The notes under the pieces were generated by a model, which worked only from the letters and a program-made list of their open reading frames with translations, was not told where the DNA came from and made no database searches. DNA of 64,000 bases, from positions 288,001 to 352,000 of the forward strand of contig CAWJGT010000003.1 in assembly GCA_963842525.1 (NCBI GenBank), in the 5' to 3' direction. Below are positions 1 to 8,964 of this stretch, piece after piece. The translations under genes were made by a program, and so were the position numbers. Position 1 is the first letter of the stretch. Every line of letters starts with the position of its first letter. Source of the DNA: an uncultured Holophagales bacterium. GTDB lineage: Bacteria; Acidobacteriota; Thermoanaerobaculia; Multivoradales; UBA5704.

Positions 1-1347
1 CATCGCCTTCTTGAGCGGCTTGAGCAGCAGGGCCAGCACCACGGCCATGAAGAGCGACAGGGCGCCCAACATGGCGAAGAAGGTGGAGTGCAGCATGTCG
101 TCCCAGAGGACGCCGACGCCGGTCAGCTTGTTGCCGATGGCCGTGGCCAGGAACCAGCCGCCCATCATCAGGCCGCGCAGGCGGATCGGGGCGACCTTGG
201 AGACGAGCGACAGGCCCATGGGCGAGAGCATCAGCTCGCCGAGCGTGATCACCCCGTAAGCACCGACCAGCCATGCCGGCGAGACCCGGCCCACGTCGCC
301 GCCCGCCTTGCCGGCGAAGTACATGACGAAGTAGGCGGCGCCCGTCAGGCACATGCCGATCGCCATCTTGGTCGGCGTCGACGGCTCGCGTCCGCGCTTG
401 TCGAGGGCTCCCCAGAACCAGATCAGAGGGAAGGTCAGGAGGATCACCCACCCCGGGTTGATCGCGTTCGAGATGATGCCGCTGACTTCCCAGTCGGTGT
501 TGTCGTTGGCCCAGTAGGTCCATGTCGTCTGGTTCTGATGGAACACCATCCAGAAGACGATGACGATCAGGAAGATGACGATCAGGGCCAGGATCCGCCG
601 CGAGTCGGGGACGAGGTCGATCGGGTTCTGCCGGCTCACGCCTTTGGGCGGGAGGTCCACCGCGACGGCGGCGGACGAGGACGGCGCCTTCAAGCCTGGA
701 CGGTCGGCCGCTTCCACGTGGCGCTTGAAGAACCAGAGGATGGCGACCGAGATCACCATGCCCAGGGCGCCCATGAAGAAGGCCGGGTGATAGCCGAACC
801 GGTTCACCATGAATTCGGCGACCACCGGCGCCAGGAAGGCTCCGATGTTGATGCCCATGTAGAAGATGTTGTAGGCGCGGTCCTTGAGGTGGCTCCCCTC
901 CGGATAGAGGTTGCCCACCATGGCCGAGACGTTGGGCTTGAAGAAGCCGTTGCCGACGACCAGGCAGGCGAGGGCCGCGATCATGACCGGGACCGACCGG
1001 ACCGCCAGCAGGGCATGGCCGGCCATGAAGAAAAGGCCGCCCAGCATCACCGACCTGCGGTAGCCCAGCTTGCGGTCGGCGATCAGGCCGCCGATCAGGG
1101 GGCTGGCGTAGACGAACGCCAGGTACCAGGACCAGATCCCGGTGGCGCGGTCCTGGCTCCAGCCGAACCCCTGATCGGAGTTCTGGACGTAGAGGGCCCA
1201 CATCCCTCCCACGGTGTAGAAGCTGAAACGCTCCCACATCTCGGTGAAGAAGAGGACGTAGAGGCCCTTCGGATGCCGGTCGGCTCCGCTGCCCCCATGG
1301 GCTGTATCCAGCGCGGAAGCGGCTTCATTCGCGATACGTGTGCTCAT
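1..1347 (-). CDS. POT/PTR family proton-dependent oligopeptide transporter (3' end runs off window)
   Basis: Manual translation from ATG 1347 (SD AGGAGG): MSTRIANE...HPKGLYVLFFTEMWERFSFY (ExxERFxY motif), GGLIADRKLG, C-terminal GELMLSPMGLSLVSKVAP. Absent from the ORF track because no stop lies in the window. Confidence 0.92.
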   Translation of the reverse strand, partial: MSTRIANEAASALDTAHGGSGADRHPKGLYVLFFTEMWERFSFYTVGGMWALYVQNSDQGFGWSQDRATGIWSWYLAFVYASPLIGGLIADRKLGYRRSVMLGGLFFMAGHALLAVRSVPVMIAALACLVVGNGFFKPNVSAMVGNLYPEGSHLKDRAYNIFYMGINIGAFLAPVVAEFMVNRFGYHPAFFMGALGMVISVAILWFFKRHVEAADRPGLKAPSSSAAVAVDLPPKGVSRQNPIDLVPDSRRILALIVIFLIVIVFWMVFHQNQTTWTYWANDNTDWEVSGIISNAINPGWVILLTFPLIWFWGALDKRGREPSTPTKMAIGMCLTGAAYFVMYFAGKAGGDVGRVSPAWLVGAYGVITLGELMLSPMGLSLVSKVAPIRLRGLMMGGWFLATAIGNKLTGVGVLWDDMLHSTFFAMLGALSLFMAVVLALLLKPLKKAM

Positions 1348-1716
1348 GCTCGAGCTTCCTCCTTCCCTCCGGCGATTTCGGATGTCCGATCGATGGCCAT
1401 GAGTCGCTCGATCCTCCGCAAAGGGAATGAATGGTTGCGGCTCCCGGCTCCAAGCCGCGCCTCCTCACTTCGACTGGCGGGCGGGAGCTTACCATGCGCC
1501 ATGCGCCGCGCCGTAGGGCTCAGCAAGGCGGGTGCCAGAGGCCGCCCTCACCCACCTGGCCCCCGAAGGGCAGCGAAGCTCGTCCTCGACCGAGGACAGG
1601 GGTGTGCTCGAAAAGGCGACGGTTTCCCGCGCCCCGTTTTCAGGCTCTCCGGCCCAAGGACACCCAAACCCTTGTGGCGCAGTGCTTTCCACTTCGGGTC
1701 AGGGAGCGGCGGCGTA

Positions 1717-1732
1717 TGGCACCCCGATTGCT
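1717..1732 (+). promoter_or_regulatory. sigma54 (-24/-12) promoter
   Basis: TGGCAC-CCCGA-TTGCT matches the TGGCAC-N5-TTGC(A/T) consensus in a 520-nt intergenic region. Confidence 0.65.
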
Positions 1733-1742
1733 CTCTCGGAAT

Positions 1743-1845
1743 AGTGGCCTATCCGACCCGCGGCGAGCAATCGCCGCGCGGCACCCTGAGGGAAGCCGGA
1801 CAGCTCGTCGTTTCGTTCCGGCTTCCCTCCCCTCCTCTCCTCCTC
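1743..1845 (+). ncRNA. candidate sigma54-driven structured small RNA or leader
   Basis: 8-bp stem with GCAA tetraloop (1759-1778) and a 13-bp stem (1788-1829) followed by a pyrimidine tract, directly downstream of the sigma54 motif. Confidence 0.35.
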
Positions 1846-1874
1846 CGGACCGCAAGATCGTAGAATTGGCGCTC

Positions 1875-2990
1875 ATGAAGCCGTCCGACCCCCTGTCGCC
1901 CTTGCGCGACTCGCTCGCCGAGATCGACCGCGCCCTGCTCGAGCTGCTGCGCCGCCGCATGGAGCTGGCCGCCGAGGTCGGCCGCATCAAGGCCGAGAGC
2001 GCCATGCCGGTCGTCGTGCGCGACGTCGAGGACCGGGTGCTCACCCGCGCCCGCCAGCACGCCGAGGCCTGCGGCGTCTCCGAAGAGGTCATGGCAAGCG
2101 TCTTCGAGGCCATCATCCGCGGCTCGGTCGAACGCCAGTACCGGGTCGGCATCTCGCTGCGCCAGCAGCGCGGCGGGCGGATGCTGATCGTCGGCGGCGC
2201 CGGCGGCATGGGCGGCTGGTTCCGTGGCTTCCTCGAGCTGGCCGGGCACGAGGTGGACATCGCCGATCCGTCCTACGCCAGCGTGCCGGAGGCGCCCGGG
2301 CGCTATCGCAGCCTGGACGGCGTGGACGACCTCGACGGCTACGCGGCGATCCTGGTCTCGGTCCCGCTCTCCCGCACGGCGGTGGTCCTGCAGCAGGTCG
2401 TGGAGCGGCGGCCAAGGGGGTCGGTCATCGAGCTCGCCTCCATCAAGGCGCCGCTCACCGGCGTGCTGGAGCGGGCGCGCGAGCTGGGGGTGCGCGTCTT
2501 CGCCCTGCACCCGATGTTCGGCCCGGGCAAGTCGTTCTACGAGACCCTGACCTTCGTCCTCGCCACGCAGGGCGATCCGGCGGAGGAGAAGCGGGAGCTG
2601 GAGCAGTTCATCCGCCACCCCTACACGCGGCTGGTGGCCGTCGCCTTCCCTCACCATGACCGGCTCATGGGCTGGCTCCTCGGCCTCGCCCACCTGAGCA
2701 ACATCTTGTTCGGCGCCGCCCTCACACAGGCCGGGATCGACGCCGAAGAGCTGCACGACTGCGCCTCCACCACCTTCCGCCGCCAGGCCGAGGCGGCCCT
2801 CCTGGTGCTCGGACAGAACTCGGACCTCTATCTCGACATCCAGCACCTGAACCCGCACCGCCACGAGGTCTACACCGCGACGCGCGAGGCCCTCGACAAG
2901 ATCCAGGCGCTGGTGGAAAAGCACGACCGCGAGGGCTTCCGCCAGCTCATGGTCGCGTCGCGGGGGCTGCTGGAGCGGGAGGAGGGGTAA
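1875..2990 (+). CDS. tyrA: bifunctional chorismate mutase / prephenate dehydrogenase (T-protein)
   Basis: N-terminal AroQ-type LRDSLAEIDRALLELLRRR; Rossmann IVGGAGGMG; HPMFGP; HDRLMG. Confidence 0.9.
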   Translation: MKPSDPLSPLRDSLAEIDRALLELLRRRMELAAEVGRIKAESAMPVVVRDVEDRVLTRARQHAEACGVSEEVMASVFEAIIRGSVERQYRVGISLRQQRGGRMLIVGGAGGMGGWFRGFLELAGHEVDIADPSYASVPEAPGRYRSLDGVDDLDGYAAILVSVPLSRTAVVLQQVVERRPRGSVIELASIKAPLTGVLERARELGVRVFALHPMFGPGKSFYETLTFVLATQGDPAEEKRELEQFIRHPYTRLVAVAFPHHDRLMGWLLGLAHLSNILFGAALTQAGIDAEELHDCASTTFRRQAEAALLVLGQNSDLYLDIQHLNPHRHEVYTATREALDKIQALVEKHDREGFRQLMVASRGLLEREEG

Positions 2991-3053
2991 GACCCTACGT
3001 TTCGCCATGGCACGCCGCTTGAACCGCCGGGAAGGATAGGAGGGAGGGACGAC

Positions 3054-3338
3054 ATGCAGATCGAAGTCCAGCACGATGAGCAGGCGCAGAAGTACTACGT
3101 CCTGACCGACGGCATGGAGTCGGTCCTCAAATACAGCCCTGCCGGGGAGCGGACCCTCAACTTCCGGAGCACGTACGTGCCGCCGGAGCTGCGCGGCCGG
3201 GGCATCGCGGACGAGATCGTGCGGGTCGCCCTGGATGACGCCCTGGAACAGGGGTACAAAGTCATCCCCTCCTGCTGGTTCGTCCGCGTCTACATGGATC
3301 GCCACCCCGCCAAGTACCAACAGCTCCGCGCCGGGTAG
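3054..3338 (+). CDS. small GNAT (YjdJ-like) N-acetyltransferase
   Basis: STYVPPELRGRGIA and KVIPSCWFV motifs; SD GGAGG. Confidence 0.85.
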   Translation: MQIEVQHDEQAQKYYVLTDGMESVLKYSPAGERTLNFRSTYVPPELRGRGIADEIVRVALDDALEQGYKVIPSCWFVRVYMDRHPAKYQQLRAG

Positions 3339-3420
3339 CCTCACCCCCTGAGAAAGCCTCCGCAAGTCGCGGTCGACGTCCCTGCGGTCCGCGCGACAGG
3401 GACCACGGTCCGTAACAGGA

Positions 3421-5106
3421 CTAGGGCCGGGCCGCTTCTGCCTGTGCCGCCTTGCCGAACGTTTCGCCGAAGAAATCGCCCGGATTCCAGCTCGGCGCCG
3501 CATCTTCCTGCGCCACCTGCCAGGCGAGCATGAAATTGAGCCGCGCGAACGTCGCGCCGGAAGCGAAGTCGAACGTCTGGCGCATGTCATCGCCCGGCTT
3601 GTGGTAGGTGGTCTGCCGCCATTTCATGAGGAGCTCTCCAGTGGCGGCGGGATCGTCTGACTTCAGACCGTTGGTCAGGAAGAGGGCCGGGATCCCCTGG
3701 CGGACGAAGGAGAGCTGGTCGCTGCGGATGAAGACCACCTCCTCCGGAAAAGGGTCCGGGCTCACCGTGAGGCCCAGGCGGCCGGCCGCCGGCTCGACGA
3801 GCTTGCCGAGGCTCGAATGCTCCGCCCCGAAGGCCACGACGTCGCGCACGGGATAGAGCATCAGGAACATGTCGAGGTTGATGTTGGCGACGATCCTGCC
3901 GCGGGGCAGGGTCGGATGGCGGGCGAAATAGTCCGATCCCTGAAGCCCCTGCTCCTCGGCGGTCACAGCAAGGAACAGCAGCGAGCGCCGGGGCCGCTCT
4001 CCAAGGCTCGCGAAGGCGTAGGCCACCTCCAGCAGGACCGCGATCCCGGATGCGTTGTCGTAGGCCCCGTTGTAGATGGAGTCGCCGTCGATCGGCGCGC
4101 CGATGCCCATGTGGTCGAGGTGGGCGGACAGGACGACGTACTCGTCGCGCAGGACCGGATCCCAGCCGGGCACCACGCCGGCCACGTTGGGGCTCTCGGC
4201 GCGCTCGTGCCGGCTCACCGTGCGCAGGCTCGCCTGGACGGGTAGCTCGAACGACTGCGGCCGGCCCTCCTTGGCGCCTGCGAAGACCTGCTCCAGCGAG
4301 CGGGGCGTCCCCGCGAAGAGGTCCTCCGCCGCCTTGCGGCTGAGCAGGCCGACGCCACGCACCGAAGGAAAGGCGTAGAAGGGCTGGCCCGTCTCGTCGA
4401 GCCACAGGAAGCCCGGCTCCTTGCTGGACCGCGCCATGTTCTCCCAGCGGATCCGCTGCTCGTCCTCCGGAGTCAGCACCCCGAGGACGCCAACGGCCCC
4501 GTGCGCAACGAGGTTTTCCCGTTTCAGCAAAGTCGACGAGTACCAGGCATGCTGGTCGCTCGGGAAGGCAGCCGGGGCGCCGGACAGGAGCACGACGATC
4601 TTCCCGCGGACGTCGATGCCGGCATAGTCGTCATACCCCAGCGCGGTGGCAGTGACACCGTAGCCGACGAAGACCACGGGAGCCGTGACGCTCGAATCCT
4701 CCTCGGCAAGGGTCTGGGACTGGAGGAGGAAGTCCTCGCCTGCCTCGAGCTCGGTCCGCTTGCCGTCGCGAATCAGCGCCAGGGAGGACCCGTCCGCGAC
4801 CGGAGTGGCCTTGCGCAGCGGAACAGCCTGGAAGTAGCCGCCCGCCTCGCCCCCCGGCTTGAGCCCCAGCGCCTCGAACCGCGCCGCCACATACTTTGCC
4901 GCCAGCTCGTAGCCGCGCGAGCCGGTGCCGCGGCCCTCCAGCAGGTCGTCCGCCAGGAACCGCATATGGGCCTGGATCGCCTCAGGCTGGATCCGCGACA
5001 GGGCCAGGTCCACTTCCGCCCCGGCTGGATGCGCGACAGCCGGAGGAACCAGCGCGAGAACACAGACAGCGGCGAGGGCGGCTTTTTGAGGGCGCGATGC
5101 GGGCAT
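3421..5106 (-). CDS. secreted M28 family aminopeptidase with PA domain
   Basis: Signal peptide from MPASRPQ; SAHLDH, GAYDNASG, TAEEQG, NLDM, RSDQ and YH zinc-ligand motifs. Confidence 0.9.
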   Translation of the reverse strand: MPASRPQKAALAAVCVLALVPPAVAHPAGAEVDLALSRIQPEAIQAHMRFLADDLLEGRGTGSRGYELAAKYVAARFEALGLKPGGEAGGYFQAVPLRKATPVADGSSLALIRDGKRTELEAGEDFLLQSQTLAEEDSSVTAPVVFVGYGVTATALGYDDYAGIDVRGKIVVLLSGAPAAFPSDQHAWYSSTLLKRENLVAHGAVGVLGVLTPEDEQRIRWENMARSSKEPGFLWLDETGQPFYAFPSVRGVGLLSRKAAEDLFAGTPRSLEQVFAGAKEGRPQSFELPVQASLRTVSRHERAESPNVAGVVPGWDPVLRDEYVVLSAHLDHMGIGAPIDGDSIYNGAYDNASGIAVLLEVAYAFASLGERPRRSLLFLAVTAEEQGLQGSDYFARHPTLPRGRIVANINLDMFLMLYPVRDVVAFGAEHSSLGKLVEPAAGRLGLTVSPDPFPEEVVFIRSDQLSFVRQGIPALFLTNGLKSDDPAATGELLMKWRQTTYHKPGDDMRQTFDFASGATFARLNFMLAWQVAQEDAAPSWNPGDFFGETFGKAAQAEAARP

Positions 5107-5203
5107 TCGTTCCTCCTGGTGACATCGATCCGCGCGCCATTCTACTCGCGCGGGGCCAGCGGTCACGCCAGCGACGCCTACGGCGTGGTACGATTTTGGT
5201 CCA

Positions 5204-5602
5204 ATGACATTGAACATCAACATCGCCAGGGACTTGGAGATGGGGCTGCGCGCGGCCGCCGGGCGCGAGGGCTTGCCGCTCGATAACTATGTCCTGCAGG
5301 TGATCGAAGGACACCTGCGCGCCGTTGATGATCCGACTGGCGACAATGAGACGGCCTTGCTGCAGCAGGTCAACCTTGGTCTTTCCGACGAGGCTTGGCA
5401 TCGCCTCCGTGCACTTTCGGCGAAACGCCAGGCCGAATCCCTGAGCCAAGACGAGCAGGCGGAGCTCATCCAGCTCTCCGATGCGATGGAGCAGGCGAAC
5501 GCGCGCCGCATCGCGGCGCTCGCCAAGCTGGCTGAAATGCGCGGCACCACATTGGACGCGCTGATGGCGGATTTGGAGCTCGCTTCGCCGGGGTATGTCT
5601 GA
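5204..5602 (+). CDS. hypothetical protein, putative antitoxin-like partner of the HNH nuclease
   Basis: N-terminal RHH-like MTLNINIARDLE segment; overlaps the HNH start by 8 nt. Confidence 0.65.
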   Translation: MTLNINIARDLEMGLRAAAGREGLPLDNYVLQVIEGHLRAVDDPTGDNETALLQQVNLGLSDEAWHRLRALSAKRQAESLSQDEQAELIQLSDAMEQANARRIAALAKLAEMRGTTLDALMADLELASPGYV

Positions 5603-6020
5603 GCCGCAGCTCACATCCTCCTTGAAGGCGTTGGTCGCCGAACGGGCTCGGCTCTGTTGCGAATACTGTCTCAGCCAGTTGCGGTACTCGCCCGACCCGT
5701 TTTCGGTTGAGCATATTATCCCGCGTGCCCGCGGTGGTACCGATGATCCGGCCAACCTTGCGCTCGCATGTTCGGGATGCAACGGCCGAAAATACACGCA
5801 TGTCGTGGCCGTCGACCCCGTGACCGGCGAAGACGCGCCGCTCTTTCATCCAAGGCGGCACCGTTGGTCCGACCATTTCATGTGGAGCGAGGACTTCACC
5901 GAGATCCTCGGCCTGACCCGGACTGGGCGGGCAACTGTCCAAAAGTTGGTGCTCAATCGGCCCGGTGTAGTCAACCTACGCCGCACCCTTGCTGGCATTG
6001 CCAGGCACCCTCCAGAGTAG
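5595..6020 (+). CDS. HNH endonuclease
   Basis: CEYC...VEHIIPRARGGTDDPANLALACSGCN and LFHPR motifs. Confidence 0.9.
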   Translation: MSEPQLTSSLKALVAERARLCCEYCLSQLRYSPDPFSVEHIIPRARGGTDDPANLALACSGCNGRKYTHVVAVDPVTGEDAPLFHPRRHRWSDHFMWSEDFTEILGLTRTGRATVQKLVLNRPGVVNLRRTLAGIARHPPE

Positions 6021-6080
6021 CCGCAAAGGAATAACAGAACCGCGCAGAGTCCGGAGCCGTCCGCGTGGACCTGTGTGCGG

Positions 6081-6656
6081 CTATCCGGCGCTCTCGTAGG
6101 CCTGCCGGATCCAGCCGATGAGCTCTGTGTCCACTTCGCCGGCGCCGGTGACCTTCACCTTGTACTGGCACATGCCGCCGGGAGGCAGGGCGGCCAGCCG
6201 GTCGGTGGCGGGGATCCCTTTCATGTTGAGGCCGACCTCGATCCGGTCCTTCGTCGCGGGCCCGATCATCGCGAACTGCTTCTTGCGGCGCAGGCTCACA
6301 TAGCCCTTCTTGGGCACGGTCTCGAAGGTGCCGAATTCCTCGATCGCCGCCATGAGCTTGTCGTGCGCGGCTCGGAGATGTGCTTTGTTGCCGGAGTAGA
6401 TTTCGCCGATGACATCGGCGGTTGAAGCGCCGCTGGCCTCCGCCGCGCTCTGGCCGTCCGAGCTCAGAGCAAGATGCGCCAGGGTGTTGGCGTCGCCATG
6501 CCCGAGCCCGAGCGTGCTCTTCAGCATGTCCCGGATCTCGCCGTGTTTGCTCAGGCCGCTCTGTGCGATGAGAGCGCGCAGCTCGTCGAGGCTCTTTCCC
6601 GTCTTGGCTTCGATGTTGCGGAGCTGGGTCTCCCGCGCTTTGTCCAGGCTGCTCAT
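6081..6656 (-). CDS. DUF4287/DUF5655-type conserved protein
   Basis: NIEAKTGKS...KHGEIRDMLKSTLGLGHGDAN; PKKGYVSLRRKKQFA; WIRQAYE. Confidence 0.8.
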   Translation of the reverse strand: MSSLDKARETQLRNIEAKTGKSLDELRALIAQSGLSKHGEIRDMLKSTLGLGHGDANTLAHLALSSDGQSAAEASGASTADVIGEIYSGNKAHLRAAHDKLMAAIEEFGTFETVPKKGYVSLRRKKQFAMIGPATKDRIEVGLNMKGIPATDRLAALPPGGMCQYKVKVTGAGEVDTELIGWIRQAYESAG

Positions 6657-6777
6657 CGGCTCGCACCTCCCAGGGAGACTATATATAAGAGACCGCCGGG
6701 CCGCATGGATGGGACCGGCGGCCTGGGCCGCTCCCTTCACCGAACCCTGAAGGGTGCTGAGGTGGTACGATTTCCCT

Positions 6778-7038
6778 ATGACTCTGAAACTGAAGCTTCC
6801 GCAAGAGCTGGAGGAAGAGCTGAGCACCGAGGCTTCGAAGCTCGGCCTGCCTCTCCCCGAATACGCTCTCCGCGTGCTGTCAACCCGCCGGCCCCCCGCA
6901 GCGACACCGAAGACGGGCGCGGAGCTCGTGGCTTACTGGCGCGCCGAGGGATTGATCGGCACGCGGCCTGAGATCGGTGACAGCCTCGAGCACGCCCGCG
7001 CGCTACGCCGGAGCGCGGAAAAGAGGGTACGGACCTGA
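6778..7038 (+). CDS. putative antitoxin (RHH/CopG-like N-terminus)
   Basis: MTLKLKLPQELEEELSTEASKLGL; ends 3 nt before the PIN gene. Confidence 0.7.
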   Translation: MTLKLKLPQELEEELSTEASKLGLPLPEYALRVLSTRRPPAATPKTGAELVAYWRAEGLIGTRPEIGDSLEHARALRRSAEKRVRT

Positions 7039-7041
7039 CCC

Positions 7042-7422
7042 GTGGTTCTTCTGGATACCGACATCCTCATCGACCTTCAACGCGGCTACGGCCCCGCTGT
7101 GGCTTGGTTTGACACGCTCGATGAGCCGCCGTCCGTCCCAGGCCTGGTCGTGATGGAGATGGTTCAGGACGCACAGAATTCAGAACAGGTCCGCAAGGCC
7201 CTCAAGCTTGTGGCGCCGTTGCCCGTCGTCTGGCCCACCGAGGCGGATTGCGCCCGCGCACTGTCCGATTTCACCGCCTTCCACCTCTCCCACAAGCTGG
7301 GTCTGCTGGACGCCCTGATCGCCGCCTGTGCGGTCGGCCGGGGCGCGACCCTGTGTACTTTCAACCGCAAGCACTACAAAGTCGTCCCCGGCCTGACAAT
7401 TGTTCCGCCGTACGAGAAGTAA
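7042..7422 (+). CDS. vapC: PIN-domain (VapC-type) toxin
   Basis: LLDTDILID, DALIAACA, TFNRKHY. Confidence 0.88.
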   Translation: MVLLDTDILIDLQRGYGPAVAWFDTLDEPPSVPGLVVMEMVQDAQNSEQVRKALKLVAPLPVVWPTEADCARALSDFTAFHLSHKLGLLDALIAACAVGRGATLCTFNRKHYKVVPGLTIVPPYEK

Positions 7423-7428
7423 CCGCCC

Positions 7429-8283
7429 CTACCCCCGCGGCTTCCTTGCCCGCACGAAGGCGCTCATGAACTTGCCGTCGATCTCCGGGGCGACCGTGGC
7501 GGGGTCGAGGCCTGCGTCGGCGAGGAAGTCGCGGGCGTCTTCGATACGGTAGATCCGGGTCGGCTCGACCTCGATCTCTTCGAAACCGGCTTCGGCCAGC
7601 AGGGTGCGGTACTCCGACTCCTCCAGGGCGCCGGCGACGCAGCCGATCCACAGCTCCACGTTGCGGCGCAGGGTCTCCGGCACATCGCCGCGGACGACGA
7701 CGTCGGAGACGGCGAAGCGGCCGCCCGGCCGGAGGACGCGGAAGGCCTCGGCGAGGACCCGGCGCTTGTCGGCCGAAAGGTTGATGACGCAGTTGGAGAT
7801 GATCACGTCCACGGCGGCCTCGGGGAGCGGGATCGCCTCGATCTCCCCTTTCAGGAACTCGACGTTCTCGACGCCGGCCTTCCTCTGGTTCTCGCGCGCC
7901 AGATCGAGCATGTCGTCGGTCATGTCGAGGCCGTAGGCCTTGCCGGCCGGCCCGACCCGGCGCGCCGAAAGGAGCACGTCGATCCCTCCGCCCGAGCCGA
8001 GGTCGAGGACCACTTCGCCGGGCAGGAGCTCCGCGAGCATCGTCGGATTGCCACACCCCAGCGAAGCGAGCACAGCTTCGGCCGGAAGGACCGAGGTCTG
8101 CGCCTCGTCGTAGAGGTCCGACGTGATCGGGTCCTTCCCCGTGCCGCAGCTCCCGCAGCCGCAGGAGGAGACGGCGCCTTTCCGGGCGTTGCGCGCGGCC
8201 TCGCCGTATTTCGCCTGCACCGCATCGCGGAGCGCGGAGGGATCGAGGGTCTGGGTGGTCTGATCGGGGGTCTGGGTGTCCAT
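7429..8283 (-). CDS. arsM: arsenite S-adenosylmethionine methyltransferase
   Basis: [34 protein letters not shown] and an N-terminal Cys cluster SSCGCGSC. Confidence 0.9.
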   Translation of the reverse strand: MDTQTPDQTTQTLDPSALRDAVQAKYGEAARNARKGAVSSCGCGSCGTGKDPITSDLYDEAQTSVLPAEAVLASLGCGNPTMLAELLPGEVVLDLGSGGGIDVLLSARRVGPAGKAYGLDMTDDMLDLARENQRKAGVENVEFLKGEIEAIPLPEAAVDVIISNCVINLSADKRRVLAEAFRVLRPGGRFAVSDVVVRGDVPETLRRNVELWIGCVAGALEESEYRTLLAEAGFEEIEVEPTRIYRIEDARDFLADAGLDPATVAPEIDGKFMSAFVRARKPRG

Positions 8284-8299
8284 GTTTGTTCCTTTCTTG

Positions 8300-8317
8300 G
8301 TTGTCAGTTGCAACTAC
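8300..8317. promoter_or_regulatory. putative MarR operator upstream of arsM
   Basis: GTTGTCAGTTGCAACTAC with palindromic core AGTTGCAACT; 17/18 identical to 8888-8905. Confidence 0.7.
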
Positions 8318-8338
8318 CTGGGCAAAAAAATTTGGCCC

Positions 8339-8866
8339 TCAGGGGATGCGGCAGCAGCTCCCGCCCCCGGTCTCGACGCGCGCTTCGGCGGCCCGGGCGA
8401 GCCGGGCGAGGAGCTGCGTCATGGCCCGGCGGATTTCGGGGTCGAAGCCGGCCAGGAGGCTCTTCTCCTCCTCCAGGATCGAATCCCGGATCGTTCTCTC
8501 CAGGGTCCGGCCCGCCTCGGTCGCCTCCAGGAACACGGCCCGGCGGTCGTCGGGATGGGGGGAGCGCGCCACATAGCCCTTGCGCTCCAGGGCGTCCACC
8601 ACCCGGCTGGCCGTGCTCTTGTCGAGGTACAAGTGCGCCGCGAGGTCGTTCAGCGTCATCCCGCCCCGCCGCACGAGCGCCTCCAGGCCGTAGCACTGGG
8701 TCACGGAGATGTCGTAGCAGCAGATCCGGTCGCGGTCGCGGAACTGGTAGACGCGGACCAAATCTGAGAGCGCGTCGTAGAGGCTCGCCGTGTCCCGCTC
8801 CAGCTCGGGGTCTTCCGTTTGCATCGGCAGGACCGGCAGGATCGGGAGGGCGGTCTTCGCTTCCAT
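8339..8866 (-). CDS. MarR family regulator with two vicinal Cys pairs (probable As(III) sensor)
   Basis: wHTH LDKSTASRVVDALERKGYVARSPHPDDRR; RICCYDISVTQC and C-terminal GSCCRIP. Confidence 0.85.
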   Translation of the reverse strand: MEAKTALPILPVLPMQTEDPELERDTASLYDALSDLVRVYQFRDRDRICCYDISVTQCYGLEALVRRGGMTLNDLAAHLYLDKSTASRVVDALERKGYVARSPHPDDRRAVFLEATEAGRTLERTIRDSILEEEKSLLAGFDPEIRRAMTQLLARLARAAEARVETGGGSCCRIP

Positions 8867-8887
8867 GGAGAGAGCCTACACCAAACA

Positions 8888-8905
8888 GTTGGCAGTTGCA
8901 ACTAC
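8888..8905. promoter_or_regulatory. putative MarR autoregulatory operator
   Basis: GTTGGCAGTTGCAACTAC, twin of 8300-8317, about 20 nt upstream of the marR ATG. Confidence 0.7.
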
Positions 8906-8964
8906 ATTCTGCTCTCGGCTTCGAAATAAGAGGCCGGAGAGGTTACGTTGTCGATTCCAACGCC

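Noticed and set aside
88-1863. Long antisense or alternate-frame ORFs (also 10018-11838, 13262-15412, 36166-39462, 60887-63418)
   Set aside because: Shadow ORFs of real genes caused by high GC3; no recognisable motifs.
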